IMG/VR virus record: IMGVR_UViG_3300046004_000392
Span: 1 to 63,229 of that record
DNA from: a virus
Lineage: Duplodnaviria > Caudoviricetes
Length of the DNA: 63,229 bases
Strand: one strand, 5' to 3'
Shown here: positions 38,301-48,697 of the stretch, piece after piece
Layout of the letters: every line of letters begins with the position of its first letter
Position numbering within the stretch: the first letter of the stretch is position 1
Made by a program: the position numbers and the translations under genes
The notes under the pieces: model-generated
The model's database searches: none
What the model was told of the DNA's origin: nothing
The model's input: the letters and a program-made list of their open reading frames with translations, nothing else

Positions 38301-41300
38301 AATCGAGAAACTTATTAAGTATGTTATTAGACGCGGTGTACCCTAACGAAAATGTATATGACATAATGCGGGGATGGGATAATGCTAAGTCTAATTTAGG
38401 ACGCTTTCATTACGCAAATGTGATAGTTAAGAACCTTGAAGGGGTAGAAATACCTGGAGCTGCTAAGGATATAATCAAAGATTTAAAGCAACAGATAGCA
38501 AATGCCCTTGATTCCGAAGACAGTAGAGGGGCGTACTATCCAAACTCTAATTCGATAATGTTAAGGTCAGACCCTAAGCGATACGGGGTTACTCCGTACA
38601 CTATATTACATGAGGTTATGCATGCGGCTACCGCTCGTATAGTAAATAATCCGACACTCTACTCGAGTACGCAGCAAGCTGCAGTGTATGAGCTTAAGCA
38701 ACTATATGCATTGGCTAAAAAAGAAGCAAAAGGAACTAACTATTACGGTGTAACTAACGTGCATGAGTTTATTGCAGAGGCATTTACTAATAGTAAGTTT
38801 CAAGATTTTCTTAAAGGCATTAAGTACAAGCAAAGCAACATGTCCTTATGGGATAAATTTGTACAGTACTGCCTAGAAATGTTCGGGTATGACAACGTGC
38901 TATCAAGCACTATGGCTAACGTAAATACATTATTTGGTGCACCAGATGAGGGTAAGTCCTTTGTTATTGCTGCCCCTTTGTATGCTAAGCGCAACAAGGG
39001 TATGTTTGAAAGCAACAGTGCTGAGCGCAGTAAGCCGACAGAAATACTTAACGACCTAATTAGAAACAACACTAAGTGGGAAGACATCAAGGACAAGATG
39101 TCACAAGCCTTGTCTACTATGAATACGCAAACACGTAAGCATTGGCTAGGTGCATTCACACTACGTCAAATGGACGAACTAATCGGCACTGTATACGGAA
39201 GAAACCCAGAGACAGGCGAGATGGAGTTCATGTCTAAGATACCGCAGATATCTAAGTTCTTGCGTGCGGTTGAGGATATGACTAGCGAGCGAGCAAAAGT
39301 AATTCACGAGTCTACTCAAATTGCCAAAGAGTTGATGAACCTACAACGTGAAAGTAAAGCGACCGTAGACAAGCTAACTCAGATTGTACAAACGAGTACT
39401 GTGCAAGAAGTAGACCCGACTAAGCCCGCACCTCAACCCAAAGACCCAGCTAATCCTACTAAGGAAGAGCAAGATAGACTTGACTACCACAAGTTAGTTA
39501 AGGAAGAATGGGACAAGCTAGGTAACATGAAAGGCGGTAAGACTGCGCAAGACATGTACGTTAAGATGCGTGAGTTCTTCAAGACACGCTTAGCAGAGTT
39601 TAAGAAGATTGCGTATGAGCGTGAATTCGACCGACTACTAGCGGACGCTGCGTTAGATGCATCGGCTACAGACTACGCGGATCAAGTAGACGCACTTCAA
39701 GCTACGGCTAGGTCTAACATAGACAACAAGTTCTCTGAAAGTATTGAGCCGTACTTCCCACTAAAACGTTTCGGCGAGTTCTGGGTACGTTACGGTACAG
39801 GAAAAAACCGCAAGTACATGCAGTTCGAAGATGCAGCTGCGAAGAACAAGTTCCTTGCTAAAGCTCGTGCAGACTACGCAAATACACTACGTAGAAAAGG
39901 GTACACCACAGAGCAGATTGTCAAGGAAGTAAAAAATCCAGCGATGATTAATCACGGGAACCAACAAGCAGACCTAGTTAATGACTTGTTCTCTGACCGT
40001 GCTGTGTATGAGGAAGTTAAAGACATCGTGTCTACTATTGGTGGCACGACCGTAACTGACCCAGAAGAACTACGTAAATTAGTTTTGGAACAGTTAGGCG
40101 AACTATACATAACTACCCTACCACTACAAAGTGTGCAACGTATGTTCTTGCATCGTCAAAACGTAGCGGGTGCAAGTAATGACTTGATTCGTAGCTTCCA
40201 GCACGCTGGCTTCCATATGGCGTACCAACACGCTAGGTTTAAACACGCACCTAGAATGGACGACCAACTAGCCGCTGCTAAGAGTATGGTAGATTCCCTA
40301 GATGATGCTGACGAAAAAGCAGTACTTAATGACTACTTAGCTGAGATAAATAGGAAGTATAGAGACAATGTAATCAAACCACCACCATCCAGCTGGTTAG
40401 CTAATAAACTATCTAACATCAACTTCTTGTGGTACTTAACTGCACCAGCTTCAGCTATTGTAAACATGATGGCGGTTCCGTCTATTGCACTTCCTGTACT
40501 AGGCGGTAAGTTCGGTACTAAGAAATCTTGGAGCGCCATTACTAAGTACATGACTATGTTGTCTGGGTCTGGTTGGAAGGATTTTTCAGAAGCCGAATAT
40601 AAACGCATATTATCTGAGCAAGGTAAAGAAGCGGCAGATAAGTATAAAAATGATGCACCGTTTGACGCCCCATCTATTGGTCGCTCTTCTAAACTAACTC
40701 CATTACAGAAACGAGCATACGAAGCGTTCTCAGAAAACTTACTTGAGCAATCACTAGCCCACGATGCAGCTGCATTATCAGAAAACCCTAGCTTAGACTA
40801 CACAGGTCGCTGGGGTAAGATTATGCAGATTGCTACGTTCCCATTCCATAAAGCAGAACGGTTCAACCGCGAGATTACAGCAATGGCTGCGTTTGATTTA
40901 GCTTATGAAAAGAACGGCGGTAACTTTGAGGCTGCAGTTAAAGAAGCTTCTGACTTAACGTGGAAGACTATGTTTGACTACGCTACGTATAACAAGCCTC
41001 GTTATATGCAAGGCAACTTAGCTAAAGTGTTACTTGCATTCAAACAATACGCACAGCACATGACTTACCTATTAATGCGTACAGCATACGAAGCAACTGC
41101 AGATGTATCTAAAGCAGAGTTTGACGAGCTTGCAAGTTTATATGGCGAAGAGGCAGCAACCAAATACGCCCAAGACGCAAACGAACTTCGCGCTCAAGCA
41201 CGTAAAACATTTGCGTTGATGATGGGTATGTCATTTGTATTTGCCGGTGCAGCTGGCCTACCAATTTGGTGGATGTACTCTGGTATGGCAAAAGCGTTCA

Positions 41301-42091
41301 ATGCTGTATTCGGAAACGATGAGTTACCGTTCGATGTAGACAACGACTTCAAGAACATGATGAACAATACATTCGGTGGGTTCGTTGGCGATTCAATTTC
41401 ACGTGGAGTAATCCCACAACTTACTGGTGTATCACTAGCCGATCGTATGAGCACTAACTTGCCTGATATGTGGTTCCGTGATACTAGAAAAAATAACGAC
41501 GAAGTTGAAATGGTAAACCAAACAATCCTTAACTTACTAGGCCCAACTGTTGGCTTACTAGTAAATGGCGCTGAAGCAGTTAAACGATACAACGACGGAA
41601 ATACAGAACGTGCGTTTGAAGCGATAGCACCGGGTGCATTTAAGAATTTATTAGCTGGTTCTCGTCTTGCTAGCGAAGGTGCATTGACTATGAAGGGTGA
41701 TACCTTGATAGAAGACATCTCTGGACCAGAAGCATTCAAGCAAATGCTAGGTTTTACTCCAGAAAGGCTCGCTCAAAGGCAAGCTGCTAACATAGAAGCC
41801 AAATCTAGCGAGCAAGCGGTGATGCAGCGCCGTCAGGACCTACTAAACTTCTTAGCGATGGCTATAGAGCGCGAAGACGAAGATGGTGAGGCAAAGGTAT
41901 TGGCAAAGATCGAAGATTTCAATGACGCCAACGATTGGGCTGCAATTAAGGCTTCTACGATTCGTTCATCAATCAAAAAACGTGCAAAAGCTAGGGCAAT
42001 GTCAGACGAATTAGGCGGGTTAAACGTCAATAAAAACTTCCGAGACATTGCAGAAGAGCAAACTGGATACGCGGCCGACGAAGAAGAGTGA
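35360..42091 (+). CDS. Large polyvalent ejected protein (zincin HExxH domain, PLxRFG domain, helical C-terminal region)
   Basis: 2243 aa; LHEVMHA...HEFIAEAF; YFPLKRFGEF. Confidence 0.75.
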   Translation: MPIVNVPGVGQVNFPDSMSHEDIVKAIQTNILPSAAKPQAPAAAPAEPSSFMRRVGDVGLSTAQGVVGLGEAALGIADIPTMGHAGRGAEIAEKAIFGGTTKDAQAYLESLKSPEAKLAQEKVAAAKGFLPTAGALLENPSALVGTVAESLPSMVGGAGLARAGMKALPTLAEKAGEKAALYAGAAGEGAISAGSTAESIRQQDKSGLISPEQAAISGVSGVLTGGLGIFGGKMAARFGVSDVDTLMAGGVKDLAKNAEKQSILKAAAKGALAESVFEELPQSMQEQISMNVATGKPWDENVAEAGATGAMAALVMGGGGAGASQALTNANIKAQAKKDQLAATQEESKAGKSLFEEQDDEDAGESPFAPSAVDLAAMEEEKKAKEKYLSKTLTAQERDAKREAEHPFGDTMLDEKTGFPLFSRREDESHKKDYVALVNTIGKEAYSPDRDSPFFGDTNYAGTVMDVFHSREFNDADTTNPEVAERLYNNLALSLDANGYSKYLQQIDPYTPPTRQEAPSMPAAEDVQQEFKLASQKVNDAIANKDEAAYEKALEELKIAREKAQTIQPGFQAPLFAQQQGLDFNQEMPVAPEGQAAVKPPTIGQQGLDFTQEQQGEYTPPKVEAPKFGFTTDTSAAPLQQFLSRFKPRSTSEAEREKQQAALFGKQEADGSRMGGLLDQIAELYVDDSSAEQLAYSKGVIDSFFDKYAATDRPSKQAALDNINNLSAEDQTRVLNDYTRLPDLTTYEGVKKLSDAFQDHVAEAELAGLGITKSSSAYKQADEAVRSLRKKPRSQYDEQEQAAYNYFSNYGLDLALRSAAFDISVNTPRNQLYRGQGKDSALQFQEWLNNNALESAKKFDKYLRAYKKQYEGYKAFQEIQKTKESEAETVADYVAAEDTKNGRALLSPADKERSQMMLAPLHPVAKMHILNNNLNGVLTTIASTSPSPYQRRLAARLAELNLYTAIGIDNIETILEDYTPQSRNLLSMLLDAVYPNENVYDIMRGWDNAKSNLGRFHYANVIVKNLEGVEIPGAAKDIIKDLKQQIANALDSEDSRGAYYPNSNSIMLRSDPKRYGVTPYTILHEVMHAATARIVNNPTLYSSTQQAAVYELKQLYALAKKEAKGTNYYGVTNVHEFIAEAFTNSKFQDFLKGIKYKQSNMSLWDKFVQYCLEMFGYDNVLSSTMANVNTLFGAPDEGKSFVIAAPLYAKRNKGMFESNSAERSKPTEILNDLIRNNTKWEDIKDKMSQALSTMNTQTRKHWLGAFTLRQMDELIGTVYGRNPETGEMEFMSKIPQISKFLRAVEDMTSERAKVIHESTQIAKELMNLQRESKATVDKLTQIVQTSTVQEVDPTKPAPQPKDPANPTKEEQDRLDYHKLVKEEWDKLGNMKGGKTAQDMYVKMREFFKTRLAEFKKIAYEREFDRLLADAALDASATDYADQVDALQATARSNIDNKFSESIEPYFPLKRFGEFWVRYGTGKNRKYMQFEDAAAKNKFLAKARADYANTLRRKGYTTEQIVKEVKNPAMINHGNQQADLVNDLFSDRAVYEEVKDIVSTIGGTTVTDPEELRKLVLEQLGELYITTLPLQSVQRMFLHRQNVAGASNDLIRSFQHAGFHMAYQHARFKHAPRMDDQLAAAKSMVDSLDDADEKAVLNDYLAEINRKYRDNVIKPPPSSWLANKLSNINFLWYLTAPASAIVNMMAVPSIALPVLGGKFGTKKSWSAITKYMTMLSGSGWKDFSEAEYKRILSEQGKEAADKYKNDAPFDAPSIGRSSKLTPLQKRAYEAFSENLLEQSLAHDAAALSENPSLDYTGRWGKIMQIATFPFHKAERFNREITAMAAFDLAYEKNGGNFEAAVKEASDLTWKTMFDYATYNKPRYMQGNLAKVLLAFKQYAQHMTYLLMRTAYEATADVSKAEFDELASLYGEEAATKYAQDANELRAQARKTFALMMGMSFVFAGAAGLPIWWMYSGMAKAFNAVFGNDELPFDVDNDFKNMMNNTFGGFVGDSISRGVIPQLTGVSLADRMSTNLPDMWFRDTRKNNDEVEMVNQTILNLLGPTVGLLVNGAEAVKRYNDGNTERAFEAIAPGAFKNLLAGSRLASEGALTMKGDTLIEDISGPEAFKQMLGFTPERLAQRQAANIEAKSSEQAVMQRRQDLLNFLAMAIEREDEDGEAKVLAKIEDFNDANDWAAIKASTIRSSIKKRAKARAMSDELGGLNVNKNFRDIAEEQTGYAADEEE

Positions 42092-42092
42092 T

Positions 42093-42120
42093 AAAAAAAG
42101 CCCCTACCGAAGTAGGGGTT
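42093..42120 (-). terminator. Intrinsic terminator at the convergence of the two arms
   Basis: Minus strand CCCCTAC-TTCG-GTAGGGG-C-T7. Confidence 0.85.
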
Positions 42121-42176
42121 AAAATGAGAATACCAAAATGAAGTCCTCTCGGACTTCTGAAGTATATCAACATTGT

Positions 42177-42392
42177 TCAACGAGAGTCAATAGCGTCCAG
42201 TAATCTCCATACACGTATTCCACGTATTCTATTTTCTGTAACTACTTTAATCAGCACCTTATACTTCAATCGTTTGCACTCTGCTCTTACTTGTCGACGC
42301 ATATCTTTGACATTCAGGCAAGGTATAAAGAAAGAAGCATAAGGCTTAAACTTCGTCCACTCAATCTCGAGCGTCTTCGTCTGGAGTTGCAT
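42177..42392 (-). CDS. Small hypothetical protein (SFFIPC...GIRVWR)
   Basis: Overlaps primase-helicase end. Confidence 0.65.
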   Translation of the reverse strand: MQLQTKTLEIEWTKFKPYASFFIPCLNVKDMRRQVRAECKRLKYKVLIKVVTENRIRGIRVWRLLDAIDSR

Positions 42393-45174
42393 CGTTTTTA
42401 ATAATCAAAGCCGAAACAAAAGCATCAGGGTTAATTAGTTTCTCGTTAAAGATATGTACGTGAACAGGACTCGAATCAATCGGTGTGCCTTTTGACATAC
42501 GCTTCCTGCGTTCACCTTCGCATGCACCAGTCTTCTTAAGTTGGTCAATCAAATCAGTAAACGAAACCTGATTGGCCGTGCAGAATGCGCGTAAGTGTTT
42601 TGACGTGATGTAAGTTTTTTTGGTGTCGGGCTCGATGCGTATGACCAGTTCCCTGCGTGGTTCTAGAATCGGCATTGCATGCATACCAGTACGTTGGTCT
42701 GCTTCATTGTTAATTACCAACACGCTGAACCAATGCTCGTTGATGAACTCACCCAGTGTGCTGTCACCTGTGATGTCTGGTGCCTTAACATTATTCTGAA
42801 TGTTCTTAATCATATTGATAGCCCAATCACGAACTCGTGCTACGTCAATATCAATCAGACCAATGTGCTTAGCGATTAGACCACCTGTAATGATTGCAGC
42901 TATGGTACCTGAGTAGAACCGCTCACGGCTAGTTAATCCCGCAGCTTCGTCAATCTGTTTCTGCACACCTTCTAGTACTTCTAATGCAGATGACAAGTTG
43001 CCTACAACCCACTGACTGAATATTGGACCTGCCCATCCGTAGTTGTCGTACAACCCACCGAATATGTCGTCGGCCTGAGTTTTGGTAAGGTTATCAGTCC
43101 TACTAACTTTGTACTCAATCAGACGCATCATCTCACCATCAGGGGTAGACTTAAGTGAGAGTAGCTTGTCGTAGAAGGACGCATTAGAGCTGCATAGCCC
43201 GATAGTAGACCACGTGGTGTCGTTCTTGCGTTCCTCGTTCTCTGCTGCTTTCATTCGGTTGTTACCGTGACCTTGTGAGATAGCATAGGCAAAGGTTGAG
43301 AACTCGTCGCCTGTCATCTTAGTAACTTCATCGCACGTAAATGCAAAGTTATTAAATAGACCTAGTCGGAACATCTTGTGGTTGTGCGTGTCTTTCCACT
43401 GTGACATCAACTCATCAGGATGCCCAATGATTGAGTTACACATCTTTAATACGGTTGACTTACCGGTACCTGACTCACTGTTAATCAAGTTAATGATGGC
43501 ACCACGTAAGTGAATGTGCTTCATGAACAACGCGCCGAATCCAGCAAAGAAACCAAATGCTTGTGGCTCAAAGCCAGGCATGTCATACACGTTTACTATT
43601 TTCTTCCACTCTTCTAGGGAGCCTTTTGGTTCCATCCATCTAGCTAACTTCTCAGTAGCTGCTGACGGTGGACTATACCGAGTTGCATCGGCGCTTATTT
43701 CCTTAGTACCTAAGATGATTTTGCTGTCATCGTCGGCCCATCCAAATTGGTTTCTCATAATTTCTGCCTCATATTTATGTTGTAATTCGTTAGCACAGGA
43801 TATGACGTAAGCCATAATATGATCCATAGACTTAGGCATTGCAATAACGCCGTAGTGTGCCAACCTTTCTCTTAGTTTTTCTTTTGACCCAATATCTGAT
43901 GCGGGCATTGTAAACTCGCGTACTCCATCTCTAGGTAGATGCAGCCTTATGAGCAAGCATTCCCCAGCTTTGAATTCGTCATTAAGTCGTTTGACCACAA
44001 ACAAGTCGTGAGCGTAAATCAGTACTGCTTCTTCTTCCTCGTCGAAAGGCATCTTGTATATACCGCCAACCTTGCCCCGAAAGTATGGGTCTGGTATAGG
44101 TGGTATGTCATACACAGTTACGGCACCGGCTTTATCTGATGCCACTACATGCGTATCGTCTGACGCTACAACTTCGTTGCCTAAAACAATAGGTGATTTA
44201 ATCTTACCGTTATATTTGCAGCCACTACATATCCCCGGGTTTAGTGCGTCAAACTTATCGCACTTGTAAGGTCCTTGGATAATTGCAGCCTTTGCTTCTG
44301 TTGCTTCTTTTGTATAGTCGGGATGACCGTCAGACACAATGTGAATAGCTTGTTCGTTATCGTTACAAAACTTAGCGATTGATAACCCTGCTCGCCATAG
44401 TGGCTCGCTGATTGTCGCTGCATTCTGTATTACATGTGCTAACTGATTGCAACCATCTCCTTCCATTGTTCGTTCAATGATTGTGTAGAACCTAGACTCT
44501 TTGTTGCCCATCAACGACATAGTCAATGCGTTTGGCTTACGGGTAAATTGGAAATCCCCAATAGGTGTAAGCAACGCGCCGACAGCGTGTTTGAACTCGT
44601 CATAGGTAATACTTGTTGACGTATAAACAATACTAACTGGGAGCGGTGGATTGCTCTTGTAGTTGAACGTCTCTGGTACACGAAGTATCCGTGCTACGTC
44701 AGACGTAACCGCAGCGTCAGCTTCGAATTTATGTTCTGCACACAGTTGCTTTATTCTTTCTGCAACAGGTTTCCACGATGCTTTATCAACAGCCTGCTCC
44801 AGTATCCAGTATGCGTGGACACCCCTACCTGAATCAACGATAGTAGGAATAGGTAATGATACTTCACCGCAGAATTTGTATAGTGCTTCGATGCCTTCTG
44901 CTTGATTTGCATACGGTTTGCCTACACCACAGTCTACGTCTAACCAAAACGACTTCAGGGATTTCACATTATCCTGAGTGCGTTTACCTTCGGTTTCGTA
45001 TTTGGCGCAAGCAAAGTAAACATCATAATTTTGTTTGAGTAGTATCTCAATTGAATCTGATGCTTCTTCCAATGTAGCAACAAACTCCTGCTTCGGAGTA
45101 CCAGCCTTTAAGCCGACGATGCAGTACCATCCCTGCCCATCTAGTACTTGCCCTAATAGGTCTGTAGTTGCCAT
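42361..45174 (-). CDS. Primase-helicase (AEP/RepB-like primase + DUF927-type helicase)
   Basis: WLDVD, SGRGVHAYW, RILRVP.T.N primase motifs; CSGC; SGTGKST Walker A. Confidence 0.85.
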   Translation of the reverse strand: MATTDLLGQVLDGQGWYCIVGLKAGTPKQEFVATLEEASDSIEILLKQNYDVYFACAKYETEGKRTQDNVKSLKSFWLDVDCGVGKPYANQAEGIEALYKFCGEVSLPIPTIVDSGRGVHAYWILEQAVDKASWKPVAERIKQLCAEHKFEADAAVTSDVARILRVPETFNYKSNPPLPVSIVYTSTSITYDEFKHAVGALLTPIGDFQFTRKPNALTMSLMGNKESRFYTIIERTMEGDGCNQLAHVIQNAATISEPLWRAGLSIAKFCNDNEQAIHIVSDGHPDYTKEATEAKAAIIQGPYKCDKFDALNPGICSGCKYNGKIKSPIVLGNEVVASDDTHVVASDKAGAVTVYDIPPIPDPYFRGKVGGIYKMPFDEEEEAVLIYAHDLFVVKRLNDEFKAGECLLIRLHLPRDGVREFTMPASDIGSKEKLRERLAHYGVIAMPKSMDHIMAYVISCANELQHKYEAEIMRNQFGWADDDSKIILGTKEISADATRYSPPSAATEKLARWMEPKGSLEEWKKIVNVYDMPGFEPQAFGFFAGFGALFMKHIHLRGAIINLINSESGTGKSTVLKMCNSIIGHPDELMSQWKDTHNHKMFRLGLFNNFAFTCDEVTKMTGDEFSTFAYAISQGHGNNRMKAAENEERKNDTTWSTIGLCSSNASFYDKLLSLKSTPDGEMMRLIEYKVSRTDNLTKTQADDIFGGLYDNYGWAGPIFSQWVVGNLSSALEVLEGVQKQIDEAAGLTSRERFYSGTIAAIITGGLIAKHIGLIDIDVARVRDWAINMIKNIQNNVKAPDITGDSTLGEFINEHWFSVLVINNEADQRTGMHAMPILEPRRELVIRIEPDTKKTYITSKHLRAFCTANQVSFTDLIDQLKKTGACEGERRKRMSKGTPIDSSPVHVHIFNEKLINPDAFVSALIIKNDATPDEDARD

Positions 45175-45192
45175 AAGAATTCCGTTCGTTGT

Positions 45193-45441
45193 TTATATAA
45201 GTATTAAGTCTGAAATCATGTCTCGGATACGTTCTTCCTGTGACTTGCGTGGTATTGTTTTGCCAGTGAACCACTTGTATACAGTCATCTTAGATACTGA
45301 CATTGCTTCGGATACCTCACTAGCTGGGATATCGTTAACAATGCAGTACCTACCTAGAAGAACACCGAGGCTGTCGATACTCGCAAGTGAATTAGCACTC
45401 ACGATACGACTACTGTAGCCTCGATTATCTTTATTCATCAT
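45193..45441 (-). CDS. HTH DNA-binding protein (Cro/XRE-like)
   Basis: ASEVSEAMSVSKMTVYKWFTG. Confidence 0.75.
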   Translation of the reverse strand: MMNKDNRGYSSRIVSANSLASIDSLGVLLGRYCIVNDIPASEVSEAMSVSKMTVYKWFTGKTIPRKSQEERIRDMISDLILI

Positions 45442-46345
45442 CTACTGCTGTACTTACTTTTGCGAACTTACTTAAGATGTCACCTAAATCAGGTTTAGAA
45501 GACACTGGCTTATCTTCTGTCTTAGCTGATTTGCGAACGGTTGGTTCTACTTCTTCCTCTTCCATAGCAGGTGCTACTAGTTTTGGTTTCGGCGCTGCGA
45601 TTGCAGGAGCAGATACGTGGTCAGTCTGAGATACAGTCATTGTGATTGCATTGATAGCTTCTTGTGACTTACCTAACTTAGATGTAGCTGCGTACTCTTC
45701 TTGATTTAAGAATCGTTTAGCATCGAAGTACACGCGTGGTGAATCGCTGTCTTCATCAAAGGACATAGTCGTTACTAGCGTATCAATACTGTAGCCTTGT
45801 GAGCCAACGTATTTAACAAACTTGTTGAACGGCATTTGGTTTTTCTCACCGTCACCAAAGATAGATGCAGATGGTAAGGTTAGTTGGTACACGCCACCAG
45901 CAACATCATCAGCAAGTGCAATAGCTAGACGTTTAGAGAAGCGGCAAGCACGGCTGTTACCTTGTCCAGAACCCTTAATGTTTTGTGGGCAACCGTCACA
46001 CTTAAGTGCTTGTTTTGTAGATGCAGTTGGGTCAGGTGCTACGCCATCTTTAGACCAACAGTCAGGTGGAACTGCATCGGCTTTAGGGTCATATGCTTTA
46101 GAATAAAATGTACGTGAAATGTCTTTAGTAGCATTCACAATTACTACGTCTAATGACTCAGCTTTTAATGTAGATAGTTCTTCGCCATCAACAACTAGGC
46201 GGAACTTTTTACCGCGAAGTGAGATACGTTTGCTACCACCGCCACCACCAGAATTGCTAAGCAAGGATTTAGTAAGGTCAGATACGCCTACATCACGTAA
46301 GTAATCGGGTACTGAATTGTTTTGGAAAATTGTTAAGTCACTCAT
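45431..46345 (-). CDS. Putative single-stranded DNA-binding protein
   Basis: Replication module; C/CxxC/C cluster; acidic DDE tail. Confidence 0.55.
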   Translation of the reverse strand: MSDLTIFQNNSVPDYLRDVGVSDLTKSLLSNSGGGGGSKRISLRGKKFRLVVDGEELSTLKAESLDVVIVNATKDISRTFYSKAYDPKADAVPPDCWSKDGVAPDPTASTKQALKCDGCPQNIKGSGQGNSRACRFSKRLAIALADDVAGGVYQLTLPSASIFGDGEKNQMPFNKFVKYVGSQGYSIDTLVTTMSFDEDSDSPRVYFDAKRFLNQEEYAATSKLGKSQEAINAITMTVSQTDHVSAPAIAAPKPKLVAPAMEEEEVEPTVRKSAKTEDKPVSSKPDLGDILSKFAKVSTAVDDE

Positions 46346-46357
46346 TTGTACTGCTCC

Positions 46358-46756
46358 TTATGCGCCACGTGGGCGAGTTACGCGAATAGAATACTCTTGG
46401 TCTACATTTAATCCTGCAGGGTGTAAATCAGGGTTTTCTTCTAAAAACTCCTTCATACCGGATTGGTTAACCCGTTTATGAAGTAAGTGAAATGCATCGT
46501 TTTCTTTAATAAATCTGTATAAAGAGTCCCAATCATTAGTCCAGTATTCGGTCTTAGTGATTTGTGAAACGGTGCCAAAGTCGGTGCGGAAACCATCTAG
46601 TTTATTCTCTTTGCATATTTCTAGCAAGGCTTTACTGACGGCTTCTAATTGTAATTCAAGCTCTTTAAGTGCTTGTTTTTGTTGACTAATTATTCTGTCT
46701 CGTTCGTCACGTATATTGATATACGCGGAGACAAGTGATTCTGCATCTGCATCCAT
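46358..46756 (-). CDS. Hypothetical replication-module protein
   Basis: GAGG SD; coiled coil then DWDSLYRFI. Confidence 0.7.
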   Translation of the reverse strand: MDADAESLVSAYINIRDERDRIISQQKQALKELELQLEAVSKALLEICKENKLDGFRTDFGTVSQITKTEYWTNDWDSLYRFIKENDAFHLLHKRVNQSGMKEFLEENPDLHPAGLNVDQEYSIRVTRPRGA

Positions 46757-46809
46757 TTGTGGTTCCTCATTTTGGTTGGTTAATCATACGGCTCTTTGTC
46801 CGTTTTCTA

Positions 46810-46838
46810 ATTAGACTACACTAAGTATACTGTGTCAA
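46810..46838 (-). promoter_or_regulatory. Sigma70 promoter
   Basis: TTGACA-N17-TCTAAT upstream of 46756. Confidence 0.6.
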
Positions 46839-48388
46839 GTATTTATTTCGCTATTATATAAATCAATTAGCTGATTATGTACACCTAGTTTTTGCGTGAG
46901 CATCTTATACAATTTGCGCTCTACGCTACTGCCCTCAATGTGAACTACGGTCATTGAATTCTTCTGCCCTTTACGGTTAATACGGGCGTTTGCTTGCAAG
47001 TATGTTTCGATTGACGTTACAGGTGAGTACCAAATTACTACGTTAGCTGCGGTCAATGTAACCCCGTGGGCTGCTGACTGTGGCTGTATGATAAGTACCT
47101 GTGGGTCTGGTGACTCTTGGAACCTACGGAATATGTCCGTACGACGTGTCACTGATACATCACCCGAGATCACATCACAGCTAATGTGTGCTTTCTTTAA
47201 GTGGTCATGCAGTAAGTTAATCGCATGCTTGAACGGCACGAACACGAGTACCTTGTGACTAGCCTCGTTGATTACTTCCTCGATTACATGTAGTCGGTTG
47301 GACACATCAAACTCTACTACTGCGCCACTGTCGCTGTACACCGCGCCACATGATATCTGCAATAGCTTAGTTAGTTGGGCAGCTGCGTTTACTGCGGACA
47401 CTTCCTCACCACTAGCGGTCATAGCGAACTGCTCTTTAATGTGCTTGTAGTATTTGAGTTGCTGTGATGATAGTGGTGCTTGACGCTCAACGAACACTAG
47501 GTCGGGTAAGTCTAAGCATTCTTCCTTAGTATACCGAATAGCAGGTTGGAGCATGTTGTGCACGACCGCAGATGAATTCGGTTTTGGAACCCACTTAAAC
47601 CGAGTTAGCTGTTGTAGTACGCTGTCTCTGTATTGGCCAAAGTGACGTGGTGCATTCTCGGGGACACATAGTTTAGCTAGGCCGTAAGCGTCTACGGGAG
47701 ACTGAGCAGCTGGTGTACCTGTCATCATCCACAACCACGTGTCGGGGCCGAGTAAGGATTGCATAGCCTTCCAGCGTTTAGTGCTTACGTTCTTATACGC
47801 ATTGGCTTCATCGATTATGACTAGGTCAAACTTACCTGCTCTAATCTCTTTCTGAATGATTTCAATGCCGTCATAGTTTATGACAACGTATTCGTAAGGA
47901 CCTTGTATAACCTGCTTACGTTTCTCACGTATACCGTGTGCAATCCCAACCTTGCGGTGAGTAGCGAACTTAAATAGGTCAGCCTGCCACGCGGACTGCA
48001 TGATAGATAGAGGACAGACAATCAATACGCGGTGTATTTTGCCTTGATTCAGCAAATAGTCTGAAGCCCAGATAGCTGCCGCAGTCTTGCCTGTCCCCTG
48101 TTCGTTAAAGCAGAAAGACCGTTTGGCTATCGTGAGGAACGACGCAGTATCACGTTGATGCTCCATTGGAGGGAACACACCCGGCCACGAATAGTCACGG
48201 TTGATAGGTGAGGGTACGTTCTTAAACTTAAGGCGCTTAAGCTTCTGGGCATCTTCCAATGTCCAGTTAACTAGTACTGCATGTACGCCTTCGTTCTCTC
48301 CTATTACTTCGCTACCTGCTATTGTTTCTGTTATTCGTTCTGGGGTTCTCGTTTTTACTACTAGATATTTATTATCGATTATATCCAT
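46835..48388 (-). CDS. SNF2-family (SF2) helicase
   Basis: NEQGTGKT, IIDEA, MTGTP, HGVTLT, QANARINRKGQ. Confidence 0.9.
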   Translation of the reverse strand: MDIIDNKYLVVKTRTPERITETIAGSEVIGENEGVHAVLVNWTLEDAQKLKRLKFKNVPSPINRDYSWPGVFPPMEHQRDTASFLTIAKRSFCFNEQGTGKTAAAIWASDYLLNQGKIHRVLIVCPLSIMQSAWQADLFKFATHRKVGIAHGIREKRKQVIQGPYEYVVINYDGIEIIQKEIRAGKFDLVIIDEANAYKNVSTKRWKAMQSLLGPDTWLWMMTGTPAAQSPVDAYGLAKLCVPENAPRHFGQYRDSVLQQLTRFKWVPKPNSSAVVHNMLQPAIRYTKEECLDLPDLVFVERQAPLSSQQLKYYKHIKEQFAMTASGEEVSAVNAAAQLTKLLQISCGAVYSDSGAVVEFDVSNRLHVIEEVINEASHKVLVFVPFKHAINLLHDHLKKAHISCDVISGDVSVTRRTDIFRRFQESPDPQVLIIQPQSAAHGVTLTAANVVIWYSPVTSIETYLQANARINRKGQKNSMTVVHIEGSSVERKLYKMLTQKLGVHNQLIDLYNSEINT

Positions 48389-48390
48389 TT

Positions 48391-48696
48391 TTATTTTTTC
48401 TTTGGTTTGTTTACCTTAACCGTATGGTCTGAGTTTCGGCTATACGACCGGTTGCTACTAGCACTTCTAATCCGCAGGTTCTTCGTAGTATTAGAGCCTC
48501 CTTTAGATAGCGGAACGATGTGGTCAATATCTTTTCCTTCCCGCTTGTCTGCCTTACCGTTCTTGTTCTTGTCTGCACTTGTCTTATCCATCGTGTAGCG
48601 AGCGCGTTCTCTAGCTGCACGAGATGGTTTCTCGTCACGCTGTTGTTGCATTTCCCACTCATGTTTGTATGGACGTTTTTTGTTTACGTATGGCAT
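48391..48696 (-). CDS. HNH endonuclease
   Basis: DIDHIVPLSKGGSN...NL...NR; likely start MPYVNKKR. Confidence 0.8.
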   Translation of the reverse strand: MPYVNKKRPYKHEWEMQQQRDEKPSRAARERARYTMDKTSADKNKNGKADKREGKDIDHIVPLSKGGSNTTKNLRIRSASSNRSYSRNSDHTVKVNKPKKK

Positions 48697-48697
48697 A

